From Candidatus Woesearchaeota archaeon (GTDB lineage: Archaea; Nanobdellota; Nanobdellia; Woesearchaeales; GW2011-AR15), in the NCBI GenBank assembly GCA_016934775.1, contig JAFGSP010000167.1:1-39505 (forward strand): a DNA stretch of 39,505 nucleotides. Direction: 5' to 3'. A model generated the notes under the pieces. It was not told the DNA's origin. It did not search any database and worked only from the letters and a program-made list of their open reading frames with translations. A program made the translations under genes and the position numbers. Below are positions 1 to 9,924 of the stretch, one piece after another. How positions within the stretch are numbered: position 1 is the first letter of the stretch; each line of letters begins with the position of its first letter.

Positions 1-848
1 ACTGCATTGACAATGTCATTGTCAGAACCAAGAGACCTGCTCAAGATAGTAGGATTAGCTGCGATCAGTATAGCAGCCATGAATCCTGCCAGATTTCCTG
101 ATACTTTTTTCCCTATAAAAAAAGCTGCAATGATTGCAAAAAATGATAAAAACATGGGCGTAAGGAATGCTGCCCGCATGAGCGTCATTTTAGGATTGAA
201 AAAACCAAGAAACTTATAAAGAAAAAATTCTGCATAAGGGTAAAAATTAGGATCAGCAGGAAAACCATGCGGAGCAAACATATGAGTGTCATACTGAAGC
301 CCATCTTTAACCACGTCTCCATACATTCCTTTCTCGACAAGGTTTCCGGCATATCTCAACCAGAAATACGAGTCAATATCACCAAGATAAGTGTATCCTG
401 AACTATCTTCCACAAATCTGTCTTTGAGGTTTGCCGCGCTAGTGACAACTGCATTTTCTATCTGTAGTTGCTCCTGCTCAAGAAACTGGCTGAACTGCTC
501 ATTAATCATGTTCTGCCTTGTTTGTTCAGGTAGGTTCGGATATTGCTGGCTTATCTGGGCTGAGATAGAATTCCTGATATTATTATAAATCCCCTGTCTT
601 GCCCATTCTTCGGATATCCTGAGTTCTGAAGGCTGCAGCCTTATGCTAATTGACAGGATAATCGGAACCAGGATCAAAAACAAGATAAGAAATCTGGAAA
701 AAAACGGCCTCAATTTTCTAAGATCAATTATTATATCTTCAGATTCTCTTTTTTTAGATTTTGTATTGTCTTTTCCTGAAAAAACACCCTTCAGCCATGA
801 AAAATCAAAAGTCACTTGTTCTTCTTTATTCGCTTTGCTCTTCTTCAT
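1..848 (-). CDS. aglB: Oligosaccharyltransferase AglB/STT3, N-terminal part (3' end runs off the left window edge)
   Basis: Absent from the ORF track (no stop in window). Hand translation of the minus strand from ATG at 848 stays open to position 1. It reads MKKSKANKEEQ...RPFFSRFLILFLILVPIILSISIRL (TM1), then GYTYLGDIDSYFWLRYAGNLVEKG (acidic/aromatic first-loop motif typical of STT3/AglB), then further TM segments (TPMFLSFFAIIAAFFIG, LAGFMAAILIAANP). GGGGGA (853-858) lies 4 nt upstream of the ATG. Confidence 0.6.
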   Translation of the reverse strand, partial: MKKSKANKEEQVTFDFSWLKGVFSGKDNTKSKKRESEDIIIDLRKLRPFFSRFLILFLILVPIILSISIRLQPSELRISEEWARQGIYNNIRNSISAQISQQYPNLPEQTRQNMINEQFSQFLEQEQLQIENAVVTSAANLKDRFVEDSSGYTYLGDIDSYFWLRYAGNLVEKGMYGDVVKDGLQYDTHMFAPHGFPADPNFYPYAEFFLYKFLGFFNPKMTLMRAAFLTPMFLSFFAIIAAFFIGKKVSGNLAGFMAAILIAANPTILSRSLGSDNDIVNA

Positions 849-1011
849 AAAATCCCCCTAAGATTCATATAATGAAATATACAGTCTTTTTAAATATTAT
901 GATATATTAAAAGACGAGTATGGACTGTTTTCAGAACACATCTCCTAAGAATTTTTTTCTTTCATAATTATTAATGCATAAATTAAGTAATTATTCAAAA
1001 AGTTAGTTGTA

Positions 1012-2445
1012 TCATTTACCCATGAATTTTCTCATCAAGGGATTCATATCATACATATGCTCCCTTGCTATGTCTTCATAGAGCTTGTAAATAATCATGA
1101 CTGTAAGAAGAATTCCCGTTCCTCTGGATAGCGCGCCCATAAGATCTGCAATAGCTGCAAGGAAACCTACTGTAATAGCGCCCATGACTGTAAGAGGAAG
1201 GATATATCTATCCAGCAGCCTTTCCAGAATCCTCCTGTCTTTCCTGAATCCAGGTATCTGAAGCCCAGACGCCATTATCTGGTCAGCAAGACTTTTTGAA
1301 TCCTGGCCTGAAGTTTGGACCCAGAATAATGAAAAAAGCACAGAGCCTCCGATCATAAGTACGATATAAATCAAGGAATTAAGTATCACTGGACCAAGTA
1401 CTGACCATTGCCCGCCGCTCTGGAAGATTGTCTGGACCAGATTAGGCCCATTGAGGACAGAGATAAGCCCAACTGGAACTCCTCCTTGGGTATATCCTCC
1501 AAGCAACGGCAAAGGATTTCCTCCTGTCCAGTTCTGGAGCAGCCTTACCCATAATTGAAGTGTCGCAAACAAAGATGCAACTAAAATAACTGGGATGTTG
1601 CTTGTATATATGAACTGCAAAGGCCATCTGATGCCATGACCTCTGACTCTTCCAAATGACAAAGGTATCTCAACTTTCATCGCCTGTGAATAAACAGCAA
1701 TAGCAAAAACAATAAGCGTAGCAACTATTGTTATTATTGAGATTGACGCTCCTGAAAAATCTGCTTCCAGCAAAGAAATGATTATGCTCCATAACTGACC
1801 GACTATCGGGCCTTGAAAAGAAGATTCCCATATAAGGTTTCCTGCTGTATCTGAAAAAGAGACCAGCCTTATGAACATCTGCTTGCTTATGCCCGCAGCA
1901 ATAAAGAGAGAAATTCCTGATCCGAATCCCCATTTGCTTACAATTTCATCCATAAACAGCACTATTATTCCGCCAAGGAAAAGCTGGAAAACCAAAAGCA
2001 ACTGGTATTGCAGCCTTAATGCGCCAACTGCAGCATTAGGTGGAGCGATCCCCCCCATGAACACATAGATGAATCCCTCAAAGATTATGAAAAAGATTCC
2101 TACAAGCTTCTGTACTCCCTGATATCTCTGCTTCCCTTCATGTGTCGTGAGGTCAAATTTTATAATCCCTGCTCCATTGAGCAACTGAAGTATGATAGAC
2201 CCTGTTACTATGGGGCCGATTCCCAAAGACAGCAAAGAGCCGAACTCAGCTCCAAGAATGATTGAAAGATATTCAAACTGTGCCAGAGTGTTTTCTCCCA
2301 GTGGCCATAACGGAATCATTCCCAGGACAAAAAACAGGACAAGAACAACAAGAGTCCATTTCAGCCTCTCACTGAAAGGAAGCCGTTTCTGTTTTGGTGA
2401 CTCAACTTCCGGCAAGTTAAGTATCAGATCATCAAAAAAACTCAT
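1012..2445 (-). CDS. secY: Preprotein translocase subunit SecY
   Basis: 477-aa polytopic membrane ORF with SecY-like segments GIGPIVTGSIILQLL and GGIIVLFMDEIVSKWGFGSGISLFIAAGI. Lies directly after uL15, as in archaeal spc clusters. Confidence 0.95.
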   Translation of the reverse strand: MSFFDDLILNLPEVESPKQKRLPFSERLKWTLVVLVLFFVLGMIPLWPLGENTLAQFEYLSIILGAEFGSLLSLGIGPIVTGSIILQLLNGAGIIKFDLTTHEGKQRYQGVQKLVGIFFIIFEGFIYVFMGGIAPPNAAVGALRLQYQLLLVFQLFLGGIIVLFMDEIVSKWGFGSGISLFIAAGISKQMFIRLVSFSDTAGNLIWESSFQGPIVGQLWSIIISLLEADFSGASISIITIVATLIVFAIAVYSQAMKVEIPLSFGRVRGHGIRWPLQFIYTSNIPVILVASLFATLQLWVRLLQNWTGGNPLPLLGGYTQGGVPVGLISVLNGPNLVQTIFQSGGQWSVLGPVILNSLIYIVLMIGGSVLFSLFWVQTSGQDSKSLADQIMASGLQIPGFRKDRRILERLLDRYILPLTVMGAITVGFLAAIADLMGALSRGTGILLTVMIIYKLYEDIAREHMYDMNPLMRKFMGK

Positions 2446-2491
2446 TTTCAGATAAAAGAAAACTTACTCTTATTTATTTTCTTCGATATTT

Positions 2492-3001
2492 TCATTCTAT
2501 CGAAGCATCTTCTGACTCTTCATCAACTAAGTTTTCAGACTCTGCTGCTGTATCTTCCAGCAGGACAATCTTTCCGCCTGCTGCCTCGACCTTATCAATC
2601 GCATTCTGTGTTGCTCTCGCAACTTTGATACTCAGCTTCACTCTGACTGCGCCTTTAGAAAGAAGCTTCTGGTAACCAATCATACCAAGATCAACTTCGT
2701 ATGTATCTTTGCTCCTTGAAACAAGACCTTTTTCCAAATATGATGCCAGCCTGTCCTGCAGTATGTTCAGGTTTATTGCCTTTTCATCAGAAGCCGGCAT
2801 CTTAAATCCGTGCTTGCCAAGATATTCTTTCTTAGGCATTCCCTTAGTGATCTTCATGATCTTAAAGTCTCCCCTCTTGCCTGCACCTGATTTTCCACGG
2901 CCTCCTCTGTGGCCAGCGCCCCTGTTCTTTTTCTTAGAACCATGACCTGCTGTGACTTTGGCTGCTCTGATCCTGGACCTTTTCTTTCGTTTTGTTTGCA
3001 T
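2492..3001 (-). CDS. rpl15: 50S ribosomal protein uL15
   Basis: G/R/K-rich N-terminus GHGSKKKNRGAGHRGGRGKSGAGKRG. Sits between uL30 and SecY. Acidic C-terminal tail. Confidence 0.9.
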   Translation of the reverse strand: MQTKRKKRSRIRAAKVTAGHGSKKKNRGAGHRGGRGKSGAGKRGDFKIMKITKGMPKKEYLGKHGFKMPASDEKAINLNILQDRLASYLEKGLVSRSKDTYEVDLGMIGYQKLLSKGAVRVKLSIKVARATQNAIDKVEAAGGKIVLLEDTAAESENLVDEESEDASIE

Positions 3002-3002
3002 C

Positions 3003-3467
3003 TCAGATCATCCTTTCTAATAGTTCGTTAATCTTATCAGCTCTGTATCCCAGTGCTCCGCCATTTGCAAAACTGGTCTTCACTCCGTTTCTTCCATAAC
3101 CTTTGTTGGGAGATGTGAGCCTGAAAAATTTATTATATTTCTTTCCTTTATGATCAATAAACTTGTTGTATTGAATCTTTGCTTTTGAATCTTCTAATCT
3201 GTCTTTGTATAATTCTCCTCTTTTGCTAATTACCTCATCCATCAGCTCATCTGTGACTTCACCCCATGTCACATAATCTTTCACCTTCTGGATCATTCCT
3301 CTGATTGAAGGTGTGTCTTCCACAAAGACGCACCAGTTCTTATTATGAAGATTAAGAAGATCAAAAGTTCTTTTTAGGCCATAAGTAAGATTGACCTGCC
3401 CCCTGACTCTGACAACTGCCAGGATATGTTTCTTTTTTTCAGTCTTTGGTTTGTTCTCTGTAGTCAT
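3003..3467 (-). CDS. rpl30: 50S ribosomal protein uL30 (L7e type)
   Basis: LAVVRVRGQVNLTYGLKRTFDLLNLHNKN core. Sits between uS5 and uL15. Confidence 0.9.
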   Translation of the reverse strand: MTTENKPKTEKKKHILAVVRVRGQVNLTYGLKRTFDLLNLHNKNWCVFVEDTPSIRGMIQKVKDYVTWGEVTDELMDEVISKRGELYKDRLEDSKAKIQYNKFIDHKGKKYNKFFRLTSPNKGYGRNGVKTSFANGGALGYRADKINELLERMI

Positions 3468-3473
3468 TTTTAA

Positions 3474-4322
3474 TCATGCTTTCTTTTTCTTTGGTTTTTT
3501 TTCAGCAGCTATCTCTTCCAGGAATTCATCCTGCTCTTTCTTCTCTTTTGAGACAGGGCCTTCTGAAACACTTAGTCTTTTATAATGGATTTCCTGAAGC
3601 TTTGTTTTCATAAGCTTTTTCAGAGCATTCTCCGCTGCCTTAATCAGGTTAATCTTTGTCTGCGACTGGCCATATGTCCTTGACCAGACATCTTTCACGC
3701 CCGCAAACTCAAGTATCTTAGCGACTTCTTTATCTACTTTCAAACCAGTACCTTTCGGAGCTGGTATCAGCTTTATTATAGCAGATCCGCTTTTCCCTTC
3801 AACCGCAAAGGGCAATGAATGCGGCTCACCGCATCCGCACTCCCAGCTTCCGCATCCTCTTCTTATCTTAAAAAGATTGAATTTTGCATTCCTGATTGCC
3901 TTCTCTCTTGCAGGCACAGTCTCTTTTGATTTTCCATATCCAAGACCAACTATCCCCTGCCTGTTTCCGACGACTGCAAGAGTAGCAAACCTTGGCTTGT
4001 TTCCTTCTCTTGTTTTTTTCTGTGTCTGCCTGAATATCCTCTTTTTTCCGCCGCCGAATTTTCCTTTTGCCTGGCCAATAAGCAACAGGTCAGTCTCGAG
4101 ATCAGGAACAAGTGTCTCAACTATCATTTTCTCCATGATAACATAACCATTATCAAGTATAAAATTGATATCTGTTATTTCTCCGGAAGCAACTCTTTTC
4201 CCAAGCTCTGTTTTTGGGACCCATTGGTCTTCTTTTTCTGAGATGACAGGTGTCTCATCTTCATCAGAAGAGACTTCCATGACCTCTTCTTCGACTTGTT
4301 CTTCTTTATTCTTTTCTGACAT
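3474..4322 (-). CDS. rps5: 30S ribosomal protein uS5
   Basis: Archaeal S5 core RRGCGSWECGCGEPHSLPFAVEGKSGSAIIKLIPAPKGTGL. Has K/E-rich N- and C-terminal extensions. Confidence 0.92.
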   Translation of the reverse strand: MSEKNKEEQVEEEVMEVSSDEDETPVISEKEDQWVPKTELGKRVASGEITDINFILDNGYVIMEKMIVETLVPDLETDLLLIGQAKGKFGGGKKRIFRQTQKKTREGNKPRFATLAVVGNRQGIVGLGYGKSKETVPAREKAIRNAKFNLFKIRRGCGSWECGCGEPHSLPFAVEGKSGSAIIKLIPAPKGTGLKVDKEVAKILEFAGVKDVWSRTYGQSQTKINLIKAAENALKKLMKTKLQEIHYKRLSVSEGPVSKEKKEQDEFLEEIAAEKKPKKKKA

Positions 4323-4337
4323 TTTTGACCTTCCTTA

Positions 4338-4916
4338 TTAAGATAATATTTTTGCTTTTGTTTTATCGAAATAATCCTTGATTTTTTCAGGATCTTTCTT
4401 ATTATTAAGGTATCCTGAAAACAATTTTTCAAATTCATCCTTTTTTGAATCTTTCAGCTTTTTCGCATAATCTGATATATGTGACCCGGATAATCTGCCT
4501 TCTTCAGGGATTACCTGATCATCATAAGGTATTTTCAAGCCAGCGTCTACAGCGCCTTTCAAGACAGCATAGAGCAAAGATCCTGATTGGGTCCCTTGTA
4601 ACCCAAGGTCAAGTATTGCTTCTTGCCCTTTGGCCTTCTTTCCGATCATCAGACCGACAAGATATGCTGCCGGAAGATTCCCGCAACTCATGTTCCAGCC
4701 AAGCTTGGCAAGCTCTTTGGAATGAGCTGATTTCAGCACTATGTCCCCTTTATCGCCATATTTAATCAGCTGTGCCAGGATGTGCTTATTGGATTTTCTG
4801 ACAACTAATCTTAGTTTCCTTGATTTCAGCAAAGTCAGTCTTTTCCCATAATCTGTCCTGCTCTTAAGCTTCCTCATAAACGGGACTGTGTATACTTTCT
4901 TGTCTGCCATGTTCAT
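4338..4916 (-). CDS. rpl18: 50S ribosomal protein uL18 (L5e type)
   Basis: RTDYGKRLTLLKSRKLRLVVRKSNKHILAQLI and NLPAAYLVGLMIGKKA motifs, plus synteny. Confidence 0.92.
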   Translation of the reverse strand: MNMADKKVYTVPFMRKLKSRTDYGKRLTLLKSRKLRLVVRKSNKHILAQLIKYGDKGDIVLKSAHSKELAKLGWNMSCGNLPAAYLVGLMIGKKAKGQEAILDLGLQGTQSGSLLYAVLKGAVDAGLKIPYDDQVIPEEGRLSGSHISDYAKKLKDSKKDEFEKLFSGYLNNKKDPEKIKDYFDKTKAKILS

Positions 4917-5362
4917 TTACCTATAAGATTGTGTTCTGTGATATATAGCTTGATATGTCTCTTGCTCCTGAAAAAACCGCCTTTTGATTTCCTATAAAGA
5001 TCCTTATAGTTCTCATTTGAAAGTTTTCCTGATGTTTTCAATTCCTTCAAAAAAGACCTCTGAAGCCTTATCTTTGCCATCCATTTCTCCTTATCTGGAA
5101 GCCTCGCATTAGCTTTTCCTTTCCTTGATCCATGACCTTTTTTCCTTCCTCTGACTTTCTGAGATTTGTTTTTCCTGGCCCTGCCCCTTGAGACGCCTTT
5201 TTCCTGCTTGATTGCGATTACACCATCCTTTATCAGTGATTTTAGATCTACTCTGGTGATGGCTTCTTTTACTTCTTCCCTCTTTGTGTTATCTATTTTG
5301 ACTTTTTTAGGGGATCTTTTTGCAATCTTTGCAGCAAGCTTCTTTTGGATGTTAAGTTTCAT
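4913..5362 (-). CDS. rpl19e: 50S ribosomal protein eL19
   Basis: QKKLAAKIAKRSPKKVKID ... GRKKGHGSRKGKANARLPDKEKWMAKIRLQR. 4-nt overlap with the uL18 start. Confidence 0.92.
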   Translation of the reverse strand: MKLNIQKKLAAKIAKRSPKKVKIDNTKREEVKEAITRVDLKSLIKDGVIAIKQEKGVSRGRARKNKSQKVRGRKKGHGSRKGKANARLPDKEKWMAKIRLQRSFLKELKTSGKLSNENYKDLYRKSKGGFFRSKRHIKLYITEHNLIGK

Positions 5363-5368
5363 TTTCTA

Positions 5369-5911
5369 TTATGTCCTCTTTGTCAGGAGCTTATCAATAT
5401 CTTTCTTTTCTATTTTTTTCTTCTCTTCCTCAGACAGCTTGTCTTCTATTGACTTTTTTTCTTCTGTCTTTTTGGTCTCTTTTTCTTCTTTCTGCTCTTC
5501 TTTCCTGCTCTTCTTCTTTTTCAGAGATTCTTTTTTTATCTTCAAATATTCTTCTGGATTCGTGATATTAAGTATCTTGATGCCTTCTTTCAGCAGCTTT
5601 TCAACCAAGAGTATCTTTGTTTTCAGGCCAACCTTTCCAGACACTATCGCGCCCTGTTTTTTCTGATCAAATGAATCTATATCTGATGCTTTTTCAACAA
5701 AAACAATCTCAAGACCTGATTTGTGAATGCCTTTTTGGTTGCCTGGGCTACCGTATCCGGGATTTACAATCGGCCTGTTCTGCATCCTAAGTCTCTGTTT
5801 TGAATCACATCCCCTTGGTTTTCTCCATGTCTTGGAAAGCCTTTTCTTCTTATGTGTATCCTGCCTCAAAAATTTCATTGTGCTTTTTGTGATTCTCTTA
5901 TTTGCTGCCAT
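5369..5911 (-). CDS. rpl32e: 50S ribosomal protein eL32 with long K/E-rich C-terminal extension
   Basis: FLRQDTHKKKRLSKTWRKPRGCDSKQRLR ... NPGYGSP core. About 60 aa of K/E/S low-complexity tail. Confidence 0.9.
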   Translation of the reverse strand: MAANKRITKSTMKFLRQDTHKKKRLSKTWRKPRGCDSKQRLRMQNRPIVNPGYGSPGNQKGIHKSGLEIVFVEKASDIDSFDQKKQGAIVSGKVGLKTKILLVEKLLKEGIKILNITNPEEYLKIKKESLKKKKSRKEEQKEEKETKKTEEKKSIEDKLSEEEKKKIEKKDIDKLLTKRT

Positions 5912-6463
5912 TTATATCATCTTCCCTGCTTTATCCGTAATATATATGCCGTCCTGGAATATCCTCTTATCAAAACCAGGCCTTCTTGTTGCCTGCTCGA
6001 TATCTGCAGCAACCTGACCGACAAGCTCTTTATCCGGGCCTTCAACAACAATATGGCTGCCATCAACCTTAACTTTTGCGCCTTCCTTAATCCTGACTTT
6101 TCTGGGCACCTTCTCTCCCAGGAAATTTTTAATGACCAATGTGTCTCCCGACATGCTTATGTTCATCGGAAAATGGCCTGAGCATACCTTCAGCTTATAG
6201 ACAAAATGTTCTTCACATCCTGCAAATGCGTTTCTTATGTGCGCACGATAGGCATGCACAACAGCTTTCTCTTTTTTTGATGATGATTTCGCAGTAAATA
6301 TTATTGCCCTGTCTTTGACTTCAAAGGAGACATTCGGATTGTCAAATTTTCTTGTCACTGAGCCTTTTGGTCCGTTGACTATAAGGGAATTGTCTTCTCT
6401 TGATACAGAGATCCCTTCAGGAACCTCAATTGACTCAACAATCTCTTTTTTTGCCATTTTCAA
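5912..6463 (-). CDS. rpl6: 50S ribosomal protein uL6
   Basis: Two-domain L6 pattern (IEVPEGISV ... GPKGSVTRKF ... KLKVCSGHFPMNI ... VKVDGSHIVVEGPDKELVGQVAADIE). Abuts eL32. Confidence 0.92.
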   Translation of the reverse strand: MKMAKKEIVESIEVPEGISVSREDNSLIVNGPKGSVTRKFDNPNVSFEVKDRAIIFTAKSSSKKEKAVVHAYRAHIRNAFAGCEEHFVYKLKVCSGHFPMNISMSGDTLVIKNFLGEKVPRKVRIKEGAKVKVDGSHIVVEGPDKELVGQVAADIEQATRRPGFDKRIFQDGIYITDKAGKMI

Positions 6464-6852
6464 TACACATATGCTATGAGCTTACCGCCAAGTTTCTTCT
6501 CGATTGCTTCCTCATGGGTCATTATGCCTTTGTTTGTGGTGACTATCAGGAACCCAAACCCAAATGCCGGCAGATATCTCTTTTCAAATTTTTTATAATC
6601 CTGAAGCTTTACGCTATGTCTTGGCTGTATAACTCCTGTCTTGTTGATCGCACCAAGCAGGCTGACTTCAATCTTGCCCCCTTTGCCGTCATCTATTGGC
6701 TTTATCTCCCCAAGATAGTTCCGTTCATTCAATAAGGCCAATACCTTCTTTATTATATTGGAACTTGGTTTGACAATTACTTTTGTCTTACCTTTAAGGT
6801 CTTCTGTCATTATGTGCGAAAGCACATTTGCCAATGGATTATTAAGACTCAT
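6460..6852 (-). CDS. rps8: 30S ribosomal protein uS8
   Basis: NNPLANVLSHIMTEDLKGK ... GFLIVTTNKGIMTHEEA. 4-nt overlap with uL6. Confidence 0.92.
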   Translation of the reverse strand: MSLNNPLANVLSHIMTEDLKGKTKVIVKPSSNIIKKVLALLNERNYLGEIKPIDDGKGGKIEVSLLGAINKTGVIQPRHSVKLQDYKKFEKRYLPAFGFGFLIVTTNKGIMTHEEAIEKKLGGKLIAYVY

Positions 6853-6858
6853 TTTTCA

Positions 6859-7095
6859 TCAACTGTATTTCTTGAACCCCAGACGGGTAGCAATCTCTCT
6901 GAAGCAGCATCTGCAATACCTAAGGTTGTATTGGCTCACAAATCCGCCAATCCCTGTCCTTCCGCATCTCGAGCATTTAGCAGTCTGCCTGCCGCATGAT
7001 CTCTCTTTAGGAAGGTTATATTTCTTGAATCTCTTCAGTTTATGTTGTTTCTTGCCCAGTTGCTTGAGCATTTTTTTAGGATTGGAAGTAGTCAT
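6859..7095 (-). CDS. rps14: 30S ribosomal protein uS14 (zinc-binding type)
   Basis: Cys cluster [13 protein letters not shown] ... YCRCCFRE and C-terminal GFKKYS. Sits between uL5 and uS8. Confidence 0.85.
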   Translation of the reverse strand: MTTSNPKKMLKQLGKKQHKLKRFKKYNLPKERSCGRQTAKCSRCGRTGIGGFVSQYNLRYCRCCFREIATRLGFKKYS

Positions 7096-7104
7096 TTTTT
7101 CACC

Positions 7105-7614
7105 TTATTCATTGAGGCTTATGCCAAATTTCTGCTTAAAGAAAGCTATGCTCTCTTCTTTTGTGATAATATGCCCTTTGCCCAGTTTTCTGTTGAGCTT
7201 TTTTCTGTACTTGACCCTGTAGCCTGGCCTTGATAATGTAACACATACCTGAAAACCCATAATACCTATAGAGGGGTCATAATTCAGGTCAGGGACGTCA
7301 ATATATTCATGGATACCAAAAGCAACATTTCCCTGTGAATCAAAACAGCTCTCATTAAGCTTGTTGTCTTTTGCTGCTATAAGCCTTATTAGTATTTTTT
7401 CTGCTTCTTCGCCCCTTAGTATTGTCTTGCAGCCCACTGGCAGACCTGGTCTCACACCCCATGAAGGTATCCTTTTCTGGCTTATTGTCTTCACAAGGTC
7501 TTTGCCAGTCAGGTTCTTTAGGAGTTTCATTCCTTTTTTAAGCGTGTCCTGGTTTGTGCCTGCACCTATATTAAGGGTGAGTTTCTCTATCCTGATCTGT
7601 CTCATTGGGTTCAT
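7105..7614 (-). CDS. rpl5: 50S ribosomal protein uL5
   Basis: MRQIRIEKLTLNIGAG ... PSWGVRPGLPVGCKTILRG ... GNVAFGIHEYIDVP. Confidence 0.92.
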   Translation of the reverse strand: MNPMRQIRIEKLTLNIGAGTNQDTLKKGMKLLKNLTGKDLVKTISQKRIPSWGVRPGLPVGCKTILRGEEAEKILIRLIAAKDNKLNESCFDSQGNVAFGIHEYIDVPDLNYDPSIGIMGFQVCVTLSRPGYRVKYRKKLNRKLGKGHIITKEESIAFFKQKFGISLNE

Positions 7615-7615
7615 T

Positions 7616-8311
7616 TTAATCCAAAGTTATGCTTGGTTTGTCTTTTCCGATTACGAACACTGAATCTCTCGGAGTATCAAATGTCCCTTCGGATGTCTTT
7701 ATGGTGATTAGTGAATCAGCCCCTTCAGACAATTTTTCTATGGAGCCATGTTCTCCTGCATGGCTTCCCTTGATGAGGAAAGCATATCTTCCCTTTTCAA
7801 GACTGAAGGACTCTTTGATGTCCTGTGAAGGAAGCTTGATCATTACTGAATCTCCAACTGAATGCTTTCCTGACTTTATCCTGATGTTCCTGCTGTCTGA
7901 AAGATTAAGCTGGATTATGCCTTTTTTCAATATTGTTTTTCCAATTATCTTTGAAATCTTGAAGCCCGCTTCTTCTTTTGAGATCTTGACAAGGTCTAGC
8001 CTCTTGCTCTTTGTCAAAACAAGCCTGTAGTATTCTTCAGTTAAAGGTATTGACAAAACATCCATAAGACCGACAAGCGCCCTTGGGTTCTTGCATCTCT
8101 TGCCATCAATAAACACTTCTTTGTCTCTCAAGATGCCTTTTAATTCTTTAGTTGTCTTGCAATATTTCAGCATGTTCTTGAAAATAAGTACTACTGGGAT
8201 GCTCAACTCAAAAGATTTTCCTGGTTTTGGCCTTACTGTGAATTTAGATTCTTTTCTTTTCACTGGCCATGAATTGGGCACTGTGAGTGTCTTGAGATGC
8301 TTCTTAACCAT
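7616..8311 (-). CDS. rps4e: 30S ribosomal protein eS4
   Basis: KKHLKTLTVPNSWPVKRKESKFTVRPKPGKS ... DGKRCKNPRALVGLMDVLSIP. An archaea/eukarya-specific protein. Confidence 0.92.
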   Translation of the reverse strand: MVKKHLKTLTVPNSWPVKRKESKFTVRPKPGKSFELSIPVVLIFKNMLKYCKTTKELKGILRDKEVFIDGKRCKNPRALVGLMDVLSIPLTEEYYRLVLTKSKRLDLVKISKEEAGFKISKIIGKTILKKGIIQLNLSDSRNIRIKSGKHSVGDSVMIKLPSQDIKESFSLEKGRYAFLIKGSHAGEHGSIEKLSEGADSLITIKTSEGTFDTPRDSVFVIGKDKPSITLD

Positions 8312-8693
8312 TTTTCTCTTTCCTCTTTAATATTTCCTGTCTTTTCTTATCAGACATGTTGAATTCTGTGATCATTACATTTGAAGGGGCTATCGGATAT
8401 TTCACCTTTGTCCCTTCTTTTTTCTGGATCTCTATCCCTGAGATATAAAGCTTAATTTTTGATGAATTAATCTCCTCAACTTTTCCTGATTTGCCTTTGA
8501 ACTGGCCTTTCATTATTTTTACTTTATCTCCAGTCCTTACTCTTGCAGACCTTTTCCCGTATTTTTTGGCAAGGTCATGAGCCAGGTGCGCATGGAAAAA
8601 CCTTCCTTTTATATGTAGAGGAGCATTAGCTATGTATTTCCTCTGTTTTCCGGGCTTTTTGCTCGATTTCCAGTTAGTTGAAAAAGATACCAT
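8304..8693 (-). CDS. rpl24: 50S ribosomal protein uL24
   Basis: KPGKQRKYIANAPLHIKGRFFHAHL ... RVRTGDKVKIMKGQFKGKSGKVEEI (KOW). Start trimmed to ATG 8693 (MVSFSTNWK...); the ORF-track start at 8738 would overlap the uL14 3' end by 40 nt. Confidence 0.88.
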   Translation of the reverse strand: MVSFSTNWKSSKKPGKQRKYIANAPLHIKGRFFHAHLAHDLAKKYGKRSARVRTGDKVKIMKGQFKGKSGKVEEINSSKIKLYISGIEIQKKEGTKVKYPIAPSNVMITEFNMSDKKRQEILKRKEKNG

Positions 8694-8698
8694 TTTGA

Positions 8699-9100
8699 TC
8701 AGATTATTGTGCTTGCCACTTTTGCGACAGCCGGCCACCTTTCAGTTGCCTCTTTCGCGACAGGGCCTTTGAATATTGTCCCTTTGGGGTTTCCTTTGTC
8801 ATCTTTCAGCACGACGACTGCATTGTCTTCAAATTTTATCCTGGTGCCGTCAGACCGCCTATATTCTTTTTTCTGCCTGACAACTATGGCATATACCATC
8901 TGCTTCATCATATCTGGCCTTCCTTTCTTGACAGCTGCCCTAATCATGTCTCCGACTCCTGCTGAGGGTTTTCTCCTCTTGACACCTTTATAGGATTTTA
9001 CTGAGATGACCTCTACCAGTTTTGCCCCTGAATTATCGCATGTAGGAACATTTGCACCTACTGGAAGTCCTCTTGACACCCTTGCTTTTACTGCTTTCAT
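8699..9100 (-). CDS. rpl14: 50S ribosomal protein uL14
   Basis: LPVGANVPTCDNSGAKLVEVISV ... GDMIRAAVKKGRPDM ... DNAVVVL. Confidence 0.93.
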   Translation of the reverse strand: MKAVKARVSRGLPVGANVPTCDNSGAKLVEVISVKSYKGVKRRKPSAGVGDMIRAAVKKGRPDMMKQMVYAIVVRQKKEYRRSDGTRIKFEDNAVVVLKDDKGNPKGTIFKGPVAKEATERWPAVAKVASTII

Positions 9101-9384
9101 TTTTTATCTAGTACCTCTACAACAACAAATTTCTTTGTCTTGCTGACAGGCCTGCATTCTTTTATGACTACTATATCTCCTTCTTTAGCGTCCAGCTCAG
9201 AAGGGTTATGGGCCTTTACCTTGCTTCTCTTCAAAAGATATCTCTCATATTTAGGAACATAGATACGCCTATCCCATTCTACTGTGACTGTCTTCTGGGC
9301 CTTGTCGCTCACGACTTTGCCCCTGAATGTACGTCCCCTGGCAGTTATCTTCTTGGTCTTTGGTTGTTCTTGTTTTTTTGCCAT
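9097..9384 (-). CDS. rps17: 30S ribosomal protein uS17
   Basis: RGRTFRGKVVSDKAQKTVTVEWDRRIYVPKYERYLLKRSKVKAHNP ... GDIVVIKECRPVSKTKKF. Confidence 0.93.
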   Translation of the reverse strand: MAKKQEQPKTKKITARGRTFRGKVVSDKAQKTVTVEWDRRIYVPKYERYLLKRSKVKAHNPSELDAKEGDIVVIKECRPVSKTKKFVVVEVLDKK

Positions 9385-9391
9385 TTTCAGT

Positions 9392-9619
9392 TCAACATGC
9401 TTTTATTCTGTCTTCAGGCCTTTTGGTGATGTCCAGGCCGTTTATTGTTTTGCCATTGATCGTTATTTTTGCGTTCTTTTTTATAATTTTAATTGTCTTG
9501 GTTTTTGTCTTCAAATGAATCATGTTTTTTGTTTCGTCGATTATTGTCCCTTTGATTGTCTTTCCACAGTAGCTGATTTCAGCCAGTTTCCCAACAAACT
9601 CTTCTTTTGTGTTTCTCAT
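9392..9619 (-). CDS. rnp1: RNase P protein component 1 (Rpp29/Pop4)
   Basis: 75-aa Sm-like ORF ([20 protein letters not shown] ... [10 protein letters not shown]) in the conserved archaeal slot between SUI1 and uS17. Confidence 0.85.
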   Translation of the reverse strand: MRNTKEEFVGKLAEISYCGKTIKGTIIDETKNMIHLKTKTKTIKIIKKNAKITINGKTINGLDITKRPEDRIKAC

Positions 9620-9924
9620 TGCATCTGGATCGTCTCTGAAGGAAACCCGAGCTTCATAAGCTCTTCTTTGACTTTCTGCTTATGGTCTCCCTGCAATTCA
9701 ATCTTGCCGTCTTTTGTCGTTCCTCCGCATGCCAATGTGTTCTTGAGTTTTTTTCCGAGTTCTTTGAGATCTATCTGCTTTGTGTCTATGCCCTCGACAA
9801 CCGTGTTCTTTTTTCCGAATTTCTTCTTGACTGTGTAAACCTTTATCTCTTGGCTTTCTTTTGCGATGCTTTCACAAACGCAAAGCTCTTTGGGCAATCC
9901 ACAAGTTATGCATATCTCGCTCAT
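9616..9924 (-). CDS. sui1: Translation initiation factor aSUI1 (eIF1)
   Basis: [23 protein letters not shown] ... [45 protein letters not shown], the classic archaeal SUI1 sequence pattern. Confidence 0.92.
   Translation of the reverse strand: MSEICITCGLPKELCVCESIAKESQEIKVYTVKKKFGKKNTVVEGIDTKQIDLKELGKKLKNTLACGGTTKDGKIELQGDHKQKVKEELMKLGFPSETIQMQ

Noticed and set aside
7-861. Plus-strand ORFs 7-219, 391-588 and 643-861.
   Set aside because: They are antisense to the long open minus-strand frame that encodes an AglB/STT3-like N-terminus. The plus-strand translations have no recognisable features.
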